A stretch of DNA of 63,940 nucleotides, the filler included, from Welwitschia mirabilis (Eukaryota): NCBI GenBank assembly GCA_051453625.1. It is 7 parts of one record of this genome, joined end to end, with 100 filler letters (N's around TTAATTAATTAA, not from the genome) between each part and the next. Parts side by side here need not be neighbours in the genome. Positions count along the whole stretch, not along the records: positions 1 to 22,844 come from JBOZIK010000001.1; 6 more parts are not named here. One strand, given 5' to 3'. Made by a program: the position numbers and the translations under genes. Position 1 is the stretch's first letter. Each line of letters begins with the position of its first letter. This document shows, piece by piece, positions 1 through 13,350 of this stretch. Under the pieces are notes generated by a model that saw nothing but the letters and a program-made list of their open reading frames with translations, was not told the origin of the DNA and did not search any database.

Positions 1-361
1 AAATCTTTTGAAAAAGGCTTCTTAAACTTAACTCTAAGATTTTAGGCTCTTATGAGGGATTGTTTTGAGCAAAATTTTAGCTTTATCTCGTAATGTGATG
101 GGAAAAATGATCATCTAGGTTCTATTAGTTATGCGCCTTTTACCATTTCCGGAAGTAAGAATGAGTTTTTTAATTTTAGCAATGTGTTGTAGGGGGTCTT
201 CATCAGGTTCTTCTCGAAAGGTAGTATAAGCATTTAAGTTTTTAAGTTCCAATCGTTACCAAGAGGTAAGTCGAAAGGGTTTTGAATTTCAAGTTATTTG
301 CTATGAGATCTCTCAAAGTTAAATGAGGAGTAGGAGTAATGGTTCTAACGACAGGGGGTGC

Positions 362-2365
362 CCCCGGCAAGATACGTTGTTTTTGATGAGAGGTGGNNNN
401 NNNNNNNNNNNNNNNNNNNNNNNNNNNNNNNNNNNNNNNNNNNNNNNNNNNNNNNNNNNNNNNNNNNNNNNNNNNNNNNNNNNNNNNNNNNNNNNNNNNN
501 NNNNNNNNNNNNNNNNNNNNNNNNNNNNNNNNNNNNNNNNNNNNNNNNNNNNNNNNNNNNNNNNNNNNNNNNNNNNNNNNNNNNNNNNNNNNNNNNNNNN
601 NNNNNNNNNNNNNNNNNNNNNNNNNNNNNNNNNNNNNNNNNNNNNNNNNNNNNNNNNNNNNNNNNNNNNNNNNNNNNNNNNNNNNNNNNNNNNNNNNNNN
701 NNNNNNNNNNNNNNNNNNNNNNNNNNNNNNNNNNNNNNNNNNNNNNNNNNNNNNNNNNNNNNNNNNNNNNNNNNNNNNNNNNNNNNNNNNNNNNNNNNNN
801 NNNNNNNNNNNNNNNNNNNNNNNNNNNNNNNNNNNNNNNNNNNNNNNNNNNNNNNNNNNNNNNNNNNNNNNNNNNNNNNNNNNNNNNNNNNNNNNNNNNN
901 NNNNNNNNNNNNNNNNNNNNNNNNNNNNNNNNNNNNNNNNNNNNNNNNNNNNNNNNNNNNNNNNNNNNNNNNNNNNNNNNNNNNNNNNNNNNNNNNNNNN
1001 NNNNNNNNNNNNNNNNNTAAATTGCAATGCATAAAATTGAAATAACGATGCAAAAATAATCTATAAAAAGAAATAACGATGCACCTAATATAATCAAGCT
1101 CAACCTTAATAAAGGCTGCCCTCATAATATATATAATAGAAGAAACCTATCATGAATCTTAAACAACATAAACTATGAGGTAAAGATTCCTGCATATATT
1201 AAACAAAAAGGATAATTCATATTAAAAGCATAAAAGCATCTGCATTACNNNNNNNNNNNNNNNNNNNNNNNNNNNNNNNNNNNNNNNNNNNNNNNNNNNN
1301 NNNNNNNNNNNNNNNNNNNNTCTCCTGTCATGAGAATGTTAGGTACTATCTAAGATAATTAGGAATTAAGGGGGAGACCTTTATTTATAGACAGAAAAGG
1401 AAAGGGAACTAACAGAAAAGCATAGGAAAAACTCTAGCTAACATGCAAGGGAAAGTCGTAATAAAGAGGCGATAACTCGAAAAAACATTCAGTAAAACTA
1501 TGAGAAAACAATATCATCTTGATTATCGTCTGGATGAAGGAGGAGACGACGAGGACTGATAATTGGAACTCTGAGCCTGCTCTAGTTTAACTGCTGATGA
1601 TCTACTTATGAAGTGTTATCGACTAGTTTGGAGATGTCATCCACTTGTGACATCTGGACAATGATCTAGACGATGATGTCTAGTAGATTAGATCTCAGTT
1701 TGACTGCAAGTTATTTGTATGTAAACTCTATTATTGCTCAACTGAATTTGTCATCCTAACTGTCATCCAGACGACGATAGAAACAACAGTCGTTTCTTGA
1801 TCTTTAGTCAGTCCAATTGCTTTGTCATCTGCACGAANNNNNNNNNNNNNNNNNNNNNNNNNNNNNNNNNNNNNNNNNNNNNNNNNNNNNNNNNNNNNNN
1901 NNNNNNNNNNNNNNNNNNNNNNNNNNNNNNNNNNNNNAGAAACAACAGTCGTTTCTTGATCTTTAGTCAGTCCAATTGCTTTGTCATCTGCAAGAATCAT
2001 GATCCGAAATAGTATTTGTCTGTATCTACATGAAATGCTTGTGTTTTATTTGGTATTTGCATGTTTTCGTCTTGTGCTCCTTGATTCTCGATTGTCATAA
2101 GAACTAATCATTTATTTGTTATTTTATCTATAAAACAACTCAGAATACCCTATCAAATACATATAAGTTGGCAACGCAATAACTAGCAAAAGCTAATTTT
2201 CNNNNNNNNNNNNNNNNNNNNNNNNNNNNNNNNNNNNNNNNNNNNNNNNNNNNNNNNNNNNNNNNNNNNNNNNNNNNNNNNNNNNNNNNNNNNNNNNNNN
2301 NGTTATTTTATCTATAAAACAACTCAGAATACCCTATCAAATACATATAAGTTGGAAACGCAATA
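362..2365 (-). mobile_element. Putative 5' LTR (~384-2365) plus PBS-like motif of an Athila-like Ty3/gypsy element; internal region runs off the left end of the window
   Basis: On the minus strand an LTR-like end ...CTCTCATCA (384) is followed by AAAACAACGTATCTTGCCGGGGG, resembling a decayed Athila PBS (TGGCGCCGTTGCCGGGG). A TATA-like CTATAAATAA lies near 1381-1390 on minus. The outer end is loosely similar to 60688-60993. About half of the interval is N. Confidence 0.45.
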
Positions 2366-3299
2366 ACTAGCAAAAGCTAATTTTCTATTATGAATAATTA
2401 AAAGGGCATAGTTTTCAACATTTTTTACTTTTTCTAGATGCATTCAGCTACAAACTCACTATGTTGATAATATGAGGATTGTTCTAGGACCAAATAGAGG
2501 ATTTTAGAGCATTTTCCATTCCTCAGTAATCCAAATTAAGGTAAGATATGAGCACATTCTAATAAGATTNNNNNNNNNNNNNNNNNNNNNNNNNNNNNNN
2601 NNNNNNNNNNNNNNNNNNNNNNNNNNNNNNNNNNNNNNNNNNNNNNNNNNNNNNNNNNNNNNNNNNNNNNNNNNNNNNNNNNNNNNNNNNNNNNNNNNNN
2701 NNNNNNNNNNNNNNNNNNNNNNNNNNNNNNNNNNNNNNNNNNNNNNNNNNNNNNNNNNNNNNNNNNNNNNNNNNNNNNNNNNNNNNNNNNNNNNNNNNNN
2801 NNNNNNNNNNNNNNNNNNNNNNNNNNNNNNNNNNNNNNNNNNNNNNNNNNNNNNNNNNNNNNNNNNNNNNNNNNNNNNNNNNNNNNNNNNNNNNNNNNNN
2901 NNNNNNNNNNNNNNNNNNNNNNNNNNNNNNNNNNNNNNNNNNNNNNNNNNNNNNNNNNNNNNNNNNNNNNNNNNNNNNNNNNNNNNNNNNNNNNNNNNNN
3001 NNNNNNNNNNNNNNNNNNNNNNNNNNNNNNNNNNNNNNNNNNNNNNNNNNNNNNNNNNNNNNNNNNNNNNNNNNNNNNNNNNNNNNNNNNNNNNNNNNNN
3101 NNNNNNNNNNNNNNNNNNNNNNNNNNNNNNNNNNNNNNNNNNNNNNNNNNNNNNNNNNNNNNNNNNNATTCTCATCATTTGTATTACTAATTTTATTCTT
3201 ATTTAACATACCAAAAATAATGATGTGCCTTTATTTCCAAATGAAGTAATATTTAATTTTAATATTCCTTTGTTTTCTTTACCAATTTATAACATTTGG

Positions 3300-5132
3300 A
3301 TTATACCTCATACTAGGCTGTGTCATGCATCAAGATTATAGGTCTAATTGATAAGTGAAATAATATTTTATTGATGCACCTGTGAGAGACAAATAATGCT
3401 AAAAATGTAAAGAATATAATCTTTAAAATATTAGACATGATTAAGAAGGAGATTAAGACATTAAATAAACATGTGACATTTGGTATTATGTCGAATATAA
3501 CTCCTTGGGTTGTTGCTAGAATCGATACTAATTGGACAATCTTTAAGATATGGAGAAATCTAAAAGAAGTATACAATGTTAGAATTAGGTCAATTTTTAT
3601 ACAATTAGAGAATCTAAGTCAAAATGCTCTTGAAAGAATGTGATTTCAAAAAATACTTATTAAGGTCACTTCCTTTAGAATGTGATGTGAATAAAACATC
3701 CATTGTAGTAAAAGAGTGTGATAAGAGTCACTGTGAGCATAAAGTCTCTTTGAAATTTGAAACTTTCATTAGCTATTTGAACATGATGCTTATGTTCAAG
3801 AGAAGAATCTAAAGAAGCAGAGATTTAAGGATAGGTGCCTTAACTATGGTCATGTAGGACATGCTATTATTAAATGTAAGGAACCATGTAACAAATAGTG
3901 AAAAAATAAATAAAACAAAATATTATGAAAATAAGAAANNNNNNNNNNNNNNNNNNNAAGAGGATAACGTAAGGGGTTCCATTCCCAATAAAGGAAAAAA
4001 TCATGTCTTGTAAATTTACATTTTGACAGTATGAATGTAATAAAAAATGACGATCTTGTTAATTATTACATGCACTAGTACCTTAACTCTAATAGTATTA
4101 AGTATGTGTGTAATAATTGAACTCTTTTAAAATAATATTAAAGCAGCACAAGGTGTGTTGAAACATGTCAGAAAGGACGGAGTTAATATGTTTGAAGATG
4201 TTGGTGACACTACATTAAGTTATTAAAAATAATCCATCATGATCATGATGCTTACTCTTCTTTATAATTCAAACATAATTTACTCTTGCTGTCTATTTTA
4301 TAGTGCAATTATGATGTTCTCTTTATGAAAGATGGTTAGCATGTTGAAGTGATGTCCAATGGTACCATAAAGTTGATTACATCATGAATTGATGGTATGT
4401 ACTATTTTGAGTTAGATAGAATATTAGTAACTGATATTAAGATGAATATTATTTACATCATAGACTTGGCCACATTAATATAAGAATCATGATATATTTG
4501 GAACTTACACCATACACACTTTCATAATGGTAAAATATTTTGGCAAATTAAGATTATTTAAATGTCAAACAAATTGTGGTCATAAAATTAAACCTTGTTG
4601 ATAGAAAGCCCATGAAACCACTCAAATATGAGCATTTGAATATTGATTCCTTTGGTTAAACTCCATCGTATGGTAATCATTCATTTTATATCTTGTTTAT
4701 AGATAATTTCATATGGTATAGTTGTGTATTTTGTGGATGGCATAAGAATGATGCACCAAGTAAATTTCAATAGTTTAGGAAATATCCTCAAAACAAGGTG
4801 GGACATAAACTAATTTAGTTGCATGTTGATAATAGAAGAGAATATATTGGTCAATAGTTCTAGGAGTTTCTCTAAAAGAAAGATGTAGAACTACAAATAA
4901 TGAAAACATATTCCCCATGTCAAAATGGCATTGCTAAATGTAGAAATCATGTTCTTAAGGAAATGACTCATTGTTTTTTATTTCAAGATCGCAATAATGC
5001 AGATTTGTGAGTATAGGCCCTTTATACCACATAGATAGTTTGTTCCTAATCGGCTCTCCACAACAAACCTCTAAGTCTATAGTCTATTAGCATTAGGGCA
5101 TGGAACAAATCCTAATTTAAGCATGCTTGAAG
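3300..5132 (+). mobile_element. Degenerate Ty1/copia internal fragment (gag zinc knuckle, integrase), truncated by a later insertion at 5133
   Basis: Decayed zinc knuckle CLNYGHVGHAIIKC (~3837-3878). Integrase motifs HVDNRREY (~4822; cf. RTDNGGEY), TYSPCQNGIAKCRNH (~4906-4950; cf. PYTPQQNGVAERKNR) and GTNPNLSMLE (~5102-5131; cf. KPNLSHLRVFG), cut off exactly at the next LTR. Confidence 0.75.
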
Positions 5133-7762
5133 TGAAGAGAATTAAATTATATGTCATTGAGGTCACAATGCCAACAAAATAAACATTAAAATTCTTAGAT
5201 CAATTCTTGGTTTAATTATTATCACTTTAAAATTGTTGTTAACAGATTGATGATTGTAAAGCTAATATGCCATTCCAAAAGCATGGTTTAGATGTGTTTG
5301 TATAAAATGGAGTTTCAACCAAATGAACTATTACTTTACATATTCTTGATTTGGTTATTTTGTAAAACGGCTTTCAATACTTTCTCCATGTTCTTTGTTG
5401 TGTATAGTCTGTAGTGCAATCATAGTCTAGTCCTTGTGAAGTTACGAGTTCATGATTCCCTAAGCAACATCTCAGCTAAAAAATGTCAATTTGCAATGTT
5501 TTTGATAAATTTTGTAATAACATGTGTTCTTAAATTCTGGATATTTACATCTGTCAAATTGTTGAAACTGAAATTTTTGTAATCATGGGTTATGCAAAGT
5601 CTTGAAAATGTTTTTTTGGAAGCTCTATTCCTTTCTTTTGAAATTGATTATTATGAGTATAAAGCCTGTCTATTCTCAAAATGTTGATTCCTTTTTTTTT
5701 TGTTAAGGCCATGGAAATGTGACCAACTCATTTACTGCAGTTACAAGTTTCAGAGACATTATGATGCAAAAAAATGGGACCAGTCTTTACTACTTTGAAA
5801 AAGGTCCTTAATGAAGGAGGAAGCATTTTTCTAAAATTTCTCAGTAGTCTTATTAAAAATATTTTTAGCTTATAAATGCGTCACAAATTTCCAGTGGATT
5901 CAGTGCATCAATGTGTTTATAAGCATAAACGTTCAGGCATTTGTGTGGGAGAGATGTTACCACATGTAGAAATCAAGATTGATAAACATCATGAAACTAC
6001 TTTGAATGGGGAGAACACATGTGACAGGAAAGGACCATCTGTCATGCAAAAAAAAAAAAAAAGGAAGGAAAAAAAAAAGAAAATCCTACAATTGAGTTCT
6101 ACGAAAAATGATCTAATTGTTCACTCCTTCTTCCACTCGTCTATTTTGATTTGATTATTCACTCTTTTCTTCCACTCGTCTGTTGTGCTGCGTACATGCA
6201 GAACCCCTTATCTGTTCTCTGTGTGTATTTTTGTTTTCTTTTAAAAGTGGGAATCATTAAAGATCTCTGATTTTATCAAAAACACTGTAGATTTCAACTT
6301 CTTCTCCAAAAGGCTAGGGAGCTGAGAGATCTTCCTCTATCATCGGTTCTGCCAGGCTTTAGCCATCGGAAAGCAGCAGAGGCAAGAGTAGAGTACAGAG
6401 GCGGTGGCCATGGAGTGAGCAAGGCATTTGTCGACTGCAGCAAATGCTTCATTTTCTCAAATCAGAGCTCAGGAAAAGCCTTGTTATTCCCTTGCTTTTC
6501 TGGGAATTCACCAATCAGATTATCATAGTGGATGAATATTTCGTTGGTATTTCCCAGTAAAACCATACAGTATTCTTCAGAGCCGAGACTGAATTTAGGG
6601 AAGACGTTGATGCTTAGGCATTGTAGTGTTACTGGGATAAGAAAGATAACCCAATCCAACATAAATGATTGCAGAATCCGTTAAAGAAATGGGTACACTC
6701 GCGATGCTGTTAAAACCCTAAAAAGACTCACATTTAGTTACCCAAAACCAATTCTAATGATGAAATTCTTCACGCAAATACTGATGCCAAATTTGGATAA
6801 CAGAAATCGCCTTCAAAAGATTCTGATTTTGGACACCAGAAAGTGCTAGCCAAGGATGGCAGAGTCGTCTCCAATGCCCAATAGGAGTTCTGTTAATTTT
6901 TCCATGATGATAGCAATTCAAAGGGCCATCCTCTCCCACTTTTAGCATATCAAATCATGCTTATTTTGGCTTTATTTTAATTATGATAAAGGCTTTAGAG
7001 GAGAGATGCTGCAGAGTGATGGTTATTCAATTAGCAGAAGACTTGCCCCATTCTTATTCCTTAGTTCTTGTTCTCAATATTACAGTTATCAAAGCCACTG
7101 AAGTAGAAAAGATAGAGAACACAAAGTGTCCAAAATAAGAATTTGCATTTTTCAATTTGGAGGCTCTATACTAAAACAAGTTCAAGTATTTACTTGATGA
7201 TTATTCCATTCCCATTTTATATTTTTTGATTAAATCTATTTATGTGAAGATGGATTTTTCTCAATACTTAAAAGAAATTTTACCGACCTTAACATTGTAT
7301 ATGAATATTATAAGAATTTGGATCATTAGTATCTTATATGTAGCATGGCATTTTGTCATCATTTGGCAAATATGTCAATTTTTCATTTAAATTATTATAG
7401 TACTATGTGTGTAAAACATTATTTTATTTTTTAGCATAGATAAAATCATTTATGAAAACATTTTGGGCTAAAAAAATATTGAGAAATTTTATAGCTTTCC
7501 TTATTATCATGCACCTAATTTCTCATTAGTTTTATTTCGAAAATCTCATTTAAAAAACATATTTTTTAAGTAAATTATGAGAATATTCCATTAAAGATTA
7601 ATTTGAGTCCTTTTGAAGGACAATATAAAAGGAATTTTTATTTTACTTATAAAGAAGTTTTATATCTTTTAATATTTATCTGCATTTCTTTAAAAGAAGT
7701 GTATTTTTTTTTTTTAATTTGTACATCATAATTTTTATATATGTTAAATCCTAGGAACTTCA
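5133..7762 (+). repeat. 5' LTR (~2.6 kb) of the copia element
   Basis: Starts TGAAGAGAATTAAATTATATGTCATTGAGG, versus TGAAGAAAAATTAATTATATCTCATTGAGA right after the PPT at 12371. Ends ...ACTTCA three nt before the PBS. Confidence 0.75.
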
Positions 7763-7765
7763 GTT

Positions 7766-7777
7766 TGGTATCAAAGC
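7766..7777 (+). other. Primer-binding site (tRNA-iMet type)
   Basis: TGGTATCAAAGC, one mismatch to the canonical TGGTATCAGAGC, upstream of gag. Confidence 0.85.
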
Positions 7778-8083
7778 TCCTATATAGTTCTTAGCAATTT
7801 CTAATTCTTAGTAAAAATCCCATTTAGATCTTCTTCTAAGTCTTGTTCAATTCTTGTTCTAATTCCTTTCAATTTTGTTTCCCTAATTCCTATTGTCCAA
7901 AATCCTACCTTTCTCTTGTCTAAGTCTTGATTTAGTTTTCATTAGGCCTTCATAAATCCCATTTTTATCAAATTCCAGACTTCTAATTATTGGAACAAAA
8001 TTGTTGTCAAAATCTTGTTTTTAGCCTCTTCTTGATAAACTTGTAATTCTTGTTCTATTATCAAATCATTACATCCTGAAATC

Positions 8084-11000
8084 ATGGATAAGGAAAAGGT
8101 ACCTCAGTTTGATATTGATTCCTTTAAAGTATGGAAGAGGAGAATGGAGACCTACCTCAAATGCAATGGGCCTTGTGATTATACTAAAAAGGATTTTCCC
8201 TATGCAAGACTTAAGAATGATCTTAAAGACTATGATGAATGTAGAAATGAATATTGTAGGGCTATGACAATCATTCATTCAAGTATTCATAAGAGTGAGT
8301 TTTAAAAAATTAGAAAATTCAAATTAACCTATACATTATGGAGAGGGTTAGATAAGTATATTAAGGACATGAAAACATGAATACTATTAAATTACAAAAT
8401 ATGAGTACACAATTAGACAACATGAATAAGAAAGATAATGAGAGTGTAAAATCTTACATTCAAAGCATCAAAGACCTAGTAAAAAAGATGAAAGATTTAA
8501 AATATGAAGTTAAAAACAATAATTTTGCCCTCAAAATCTTAAGATCCCTTACAAAAGAATTCAAGCCCATAGCTATCACCCTCCATAATGTCTTAGATTT
8601 AATAATCCTCTCTTTATAAGAACTATCTGGTAGGCTTATCCATCATGAGATCATCCTTAAGAAACGCAAGGAGGGAAATACTACTGCTTTGAAAGCATTC
8701 CACTATGGTAGAAGTAGAGGTGGTTATAGAGAAATAGGATAATATAATGAAACAAGAAGAGGCAGAGGCCAAAGTAGAGGCCAAGGAAGAGTATAACAAA
8801 TTAGCCAAAGTAGTGGAAGAGGTAATTTCTAAAATTCCCCATCATACTCCAATTGGAAAGAAACTAGGGAATGCCATTATTGCCACAAAATAGGTCATCT
8901 TATCAAAGATTGTAGGAAAAAGAGATGCAGTACAAGGAAAGCCAACATAGCAAAACAAGTTGAATCCTCTAAGAAAACTAGGTTAGAAAGAAAAGTGAAT
9001 TCAAATAAAAGGAAGAAATTGAAATAGGAGGACATGTGACAAAAAAACAATTAGAATTAACATTATCCTTCAACAAATCGACCTCCCAGTACATTGATAG
9101 TGGATACTCAAAACACATTACATATCAAAGAACTTGTTTCAAAATTTTATTAAAGAAGATCATAAAGTAGCAAGATTTTGGAGAAGAAGCCTTATAAGAA
9201 ATCAAAGTTCATGGCAGCCTTCTTGCTAAAAATTACAATGGTGGAAATTTTACCATTCATGGTGTTTTCTATGTTCTTGATGCCCATTACAATATTATTA
9301 GTTTAGGACAATTAATTAGAAATGGTTTCAAAGCTAAGTTCAAGAATGAGAAGTGCATCTTGCTAAAATAAAAGCAAATTCTAGAGATCCTCAACATAGG
9401 AAACAATATATATTAAATCACATTTGAGAAAGATTTAGTTTCTAGAGAAGCAAAATTTTGGACATAACATAGAAAACTAGGTCACATCTCATCTGAACAG
9501 ATGAAGGAAATAATTCAAGACAACCTTGTTAGGAATTAATCCAATCTCCAAATAGAACCATTGATTCATGAAAGGAACGCATTCAAGGCAAGCAAACAAG
9601 GGTCTAATTTCCCAGAGTTTCAACTAGCTCATCTCAAAAATTATCGTTAAGGCATTTAGATATTTGTGGATCCTTTAACCCTTTAAGTCTAAGTGGTTGT
9701 AAGTATTTTATTACATCTATTGATGCTTTTTCAAGATTATTTTATTTTATTTCTTGAAATTTAAATCTCAAACCTTATAGTCTTTTAAAGTTTTTCAAAG
9801 ATTGATTGAAAGAGAAACAAGTGCTAAGATCAAGTGCTTAGGAATTGATAGAGAAACTTATGCTCCATGATAAAATGGAGTTATGCAAATGAAAAATCAT
9901 TTTCTAGTGGACATGACAAGGAAAATGTTAATTCAAGCTAATCTTAATAAAACCTTTTGGGCTAAAGTAATCAACAATGTAAACTACCTCTAAGATTGCA
10001 TGGTGATAAGGCATGTTGACCATTACACTTCATATGAGCAATGGTATGGAATTAAATTTAGTTTATCTCATTTCTAAATTCTTAAATCTAAGTATCTTGT
10101 TAAAATTACAAAACTAGAGTAAGGTAAATTGGATTCTAGTTTCAAGCCATGTGTATTTCTTAGACATTCTAGTTAAAGAAAGGTATACAGAAGTTATAGT
10201 CCTAATTCAATAAAAATTTTAAAATTCATTAATGTAGAGCTTGTTCCTTTTGAAACATTAAATTCTGACTCTAATTCCAATAACAATGTTTTTCTTTCTT
10301 GTGCTTCCAATTCCAAAGATTCTAATAATGATGATAATGACATAAAAGATTTCAAGTCCTATCCACATCCTAATTCTAATTTATCGTCTATTAAAAATAC
10401 AAATTTTAAATCTAATCAAGTTTCTATTTGATCTAAAATAACTCAAGAAATATTTTTGAATTGTTGGATTAAAATATTGATACTCAATCAAAACATAAAA
10501 AGCTAACCTCTTATCATGATAAATTCAACAACATAAAAAGTAAAGATGCACCTGTAAGAAGTAGAAACCATAAAATCTTAATACCACTGTTGAAGAAAAG
10601 GTATGCAATGATTTTTCAAAGGATTATCTAGATTTAAGTTGTGAATTTTTGAACAAGGATGTTGTTAAACATCCTTATTGGATTAAAGGCTATGGAAGAA
10701 GAAATTTCTCAAATAGAGAAGAACAAGACATGGGTTATTGTTCCTAGGCCTAAAAATAAAGGTTTCATTCCCATCAAATGTATCTATAAAACTAAATACA
10801 ATTATAATGATACAATTAATAAATGTAAGCATCGTCTTGTTATTCTTGGATATATATATATGAAGTAGGCATAGATTATGATGAGACTTATGATCCTATT
10901 ACTCATCTTGAATCTATAAGGGCCTTTCTTGCTTACGCTTTCAAGGATTAGATGATTATTTCACAAATGGATGTTAAATATGCCTTTCCAAATGGGGTCC

Positions 11001-12140
11001 TTGAAGAAGAGGTGTACATCTCACAGCCTCATGGTTTTGTGAAATAAATTATAAAAGAACACATTTATCTATTGAAAAATCATTATATGATTTAAAACAA
11101 GCCTTAAGGGTTTAATTTTCAAGATTAGATTGTTATTTATGAAATCATGGTTATAAGAAATATCATGTTAAAAATACCTTGTATAAGAAAATAAAGTACA
11201 TTCCATTTTTATCTTAATTTATGTTGATGACATTATCTTTGATGACATAGATAAGAAGCTTGTTGATGAATTTAGGAAGATATGAAAAGAAAGTTTGAGA
11301 TGAAAAATCTTGGCAAACATCCTTGCTATGTTGGAATCCAAATCAACATTCTTCAAGGGGTACTTTCTTAATTTAAGGCAAATATGCTTTATTTATGTTA
11401 AAGAAATTGAATATCCATGAAAGTAAATTCGTCTTGATTCCCAGGCCAACCAATCCCTAACTCATAAGCAACATGGAGGGAGATGAGGTTGATGAACATT
11501 ATTATAGACCTATGATTAGAAGTCTAATGTATCTAACTATAACAAGACCTTTCAGTATGTAGTTAGTCTTACATCTTGTCTTATGACATCTTCTAGAAAG
11601 CCTCATCTTCATGCTGTGAAAATAATCTTGCATTATATGGAAGGCACCCTCAATGAGTTGCCTTATGAGGCTAATGAAAACATTCAAATTGTTAGATATG
11701 TTAATGCAAATTATGCATATAGTCTTGATGATAAAAAGATTACCACAAGTTTTGTAATGCTTCTTGTAGAAGCCTTTTCTCATGGATAAGCAAAAATGAA
11801 TCTTGTGTGACTCTTTCTACCATTAAAACCAAATATGTGATAATTCATTTAGTAAGCCAATAATTAATATGGTTTCCTAAGTTATTTGAAGATTTCACTA
11901 CTCTTATTGATAAGAAAATTCATCTCTTGTTTGATAGTTCATCTGCAATTGCAATTTCAAAAAATCCAATTATGCATGCAAGGATTAAACACATTAATAT
12001 AAAGTTCCATTTTATTCAAAATCTTATTGAATATGGACTTCTAATTCTTTGTTCTTATCCTTTGAAATTGTGGTTGGCAGATTTCTTCATGAATGACCTT
12101 TATAAGGAAAGATTCCAAGATTTGAGGAGAGACTCCAAAT
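8084..12140 (+). pseudogene. Disrupted copia gag-pol polyprotein
   Basis: gag N-terminus VPQFDIDSFKVWKRRMETYL, KILRSL, knuckle CHYCHKIGHLIKDC (~8873-8913), protease YIDSG (~9090), integrase HLDICG (~9653), RT AMEEEISQIEKNKTW / QMDVK / YVDDI (~11220), RNase H DSSSAIAISKNPIMHARIKHINIKFHFI. Many stops and frameshifts. Confidence 0.92.
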
Positions 12141-12359
12141 ACTTGACATTAAGTTCAAGGAAGAGAATTAAAAGCAAAACACCAAGATTAGTTGATGTTG
12201 TCCCAACCATAAAATGACAACAAATCATTCTAGCTCTTGGTCACATTCTTGTTTATGCTTCTTATGTAATTGTAAGTATGAAATTGTGTGATTTGAATTC
12301 TCTAATTCCTAATGTAATTCCAAATATGCATATGTGTTGTGCATTGTGATGTTAATGTT

Positions 12360-12368
12360 AAGGGAGAG
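12360..12368 (+). other. Polypurine tract
   Basis: AAGGGAGAG two nt before the TG that begins the LTR-homologous block at 12371. Confidence 0.7.
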
Positions 12369-12370
12369 TT

Positions 12371-13245
12371 TGAAGAAAAATTAATTATATCTCATTGAGA
12401 TCACAATGCTAACAAAATAAGCACTCAAATCCTTAGATCAATTCTTGGTTTAATTATTATCCCTTTAAAATTGTTGTTAATGAATTAATTATTGTAAAGC
12501 CAATAAGCCATTCCAAGAGAATGGTTTAGGTATTTTGACATAAGATGGAGTTTCAAACAAATAACTATTACTTTACATGTTCTTTATTTAATTATTTTGT
12601 GAAAATGCTTTGAATACTTTCTCCATACTCTGTGTTGTGTATGGGTTGTATATTAATTTCAGTATAATTCTTGTGAGGTTATAAGTTCATGATTTTCTAG
12701 GCAACATCTTAACTAAAGATATCGATTTGTGATGTTTTTGACAAATTCTAGAGTTAATATTTGTTCTTAAATTCTTGATAATTAAATTCATCAAATTCTT
12801 AAAACAAAATTTGTGTATGCATGGGTCATGCAAAGTCCTAAAAATGTTGTTTAGAAGCTTTATGCCTTCCTTTGCAAATAGATTACTTTGATAACATTCC
12901 TTAATTGAATGTCAAAACATGGTTGTTCTCCAAACACTAATTTTTTGGTTTTTTCTTTTGGCCTGGGAAATGTTTCCTTAAAACTTCTCAAAAGTGTTAG
13001 TGAAATATTTCCAGTAAACAAAACATTGTTAGCTTATAAAACCATTAAAAATATCCAGTGGATTTTGTGCCTCATTGTGTTTATAAGCATAAAAATTCAG
13101 GCATTTGTGTAGGACAGATGTAACCAAAGATCATTAAATTACTTTGAATAGGAAAAGAGATTTAATAGATAAGGGTCACATGTCATGCAAAAAATACTGC
13201 AATTGAAGTCCACTGAAACTTATCTAACTATTCACTCCTTTCTTC
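12371..13245 (+). repeat. 3' LTR, left part (homologous to ~5133-6172)
   Basis: Colinear similarity, e.g. CTTAGATCAATTCTTGGTTTAATTATTATC is shared. Similarity stops at the MULE TSD. Confidence 0.85.
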
Positions 13246-13350
13246 AGACTTGGCTCACTTGTGGCCTATTTCTCATTAAATGACCAAGTCCTCCTTAATC
13301 ATGGTTAGCTGGTAACATGGTGTGTGCCATGTTATGTTCATAAACATAAT
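13246..13350 (+). repeat. Left terminal inverted repeat of the MULE
   Basis: AGACTTGGCTCACTTGTGGCCTATTTCTCATTAAATGACCAAGTCCTCCTTAATCATGGTTAGC...GTTATGTTCATAAA is the reverse complement (with transitions and one small indel) of ~24415-24523. Confidence 0.85.

Noticed and set aside
242-1125. Long ORFs in the track (also at 2504, 24761, 30235, 35387, 40265)
   Set aside because: They are runs of X from N gaps, not coding evidence.
1777-2385. Near-identical direct repeats flanking N gaps (also 22419/22602, 30242/30609, 33013/33194)
   Set aside because: This is the pattern of unmerged contig overlaps or haplotypes, not biological repeats.
5133-13245. The 5133/12371 repeat as an ordinary segmental duplication
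   Set aside because: Homology starts exactly after the PPT and at a TG that cuts another element's integrase, and the left copy ends at CA next to a PBS, so these are LTRs.
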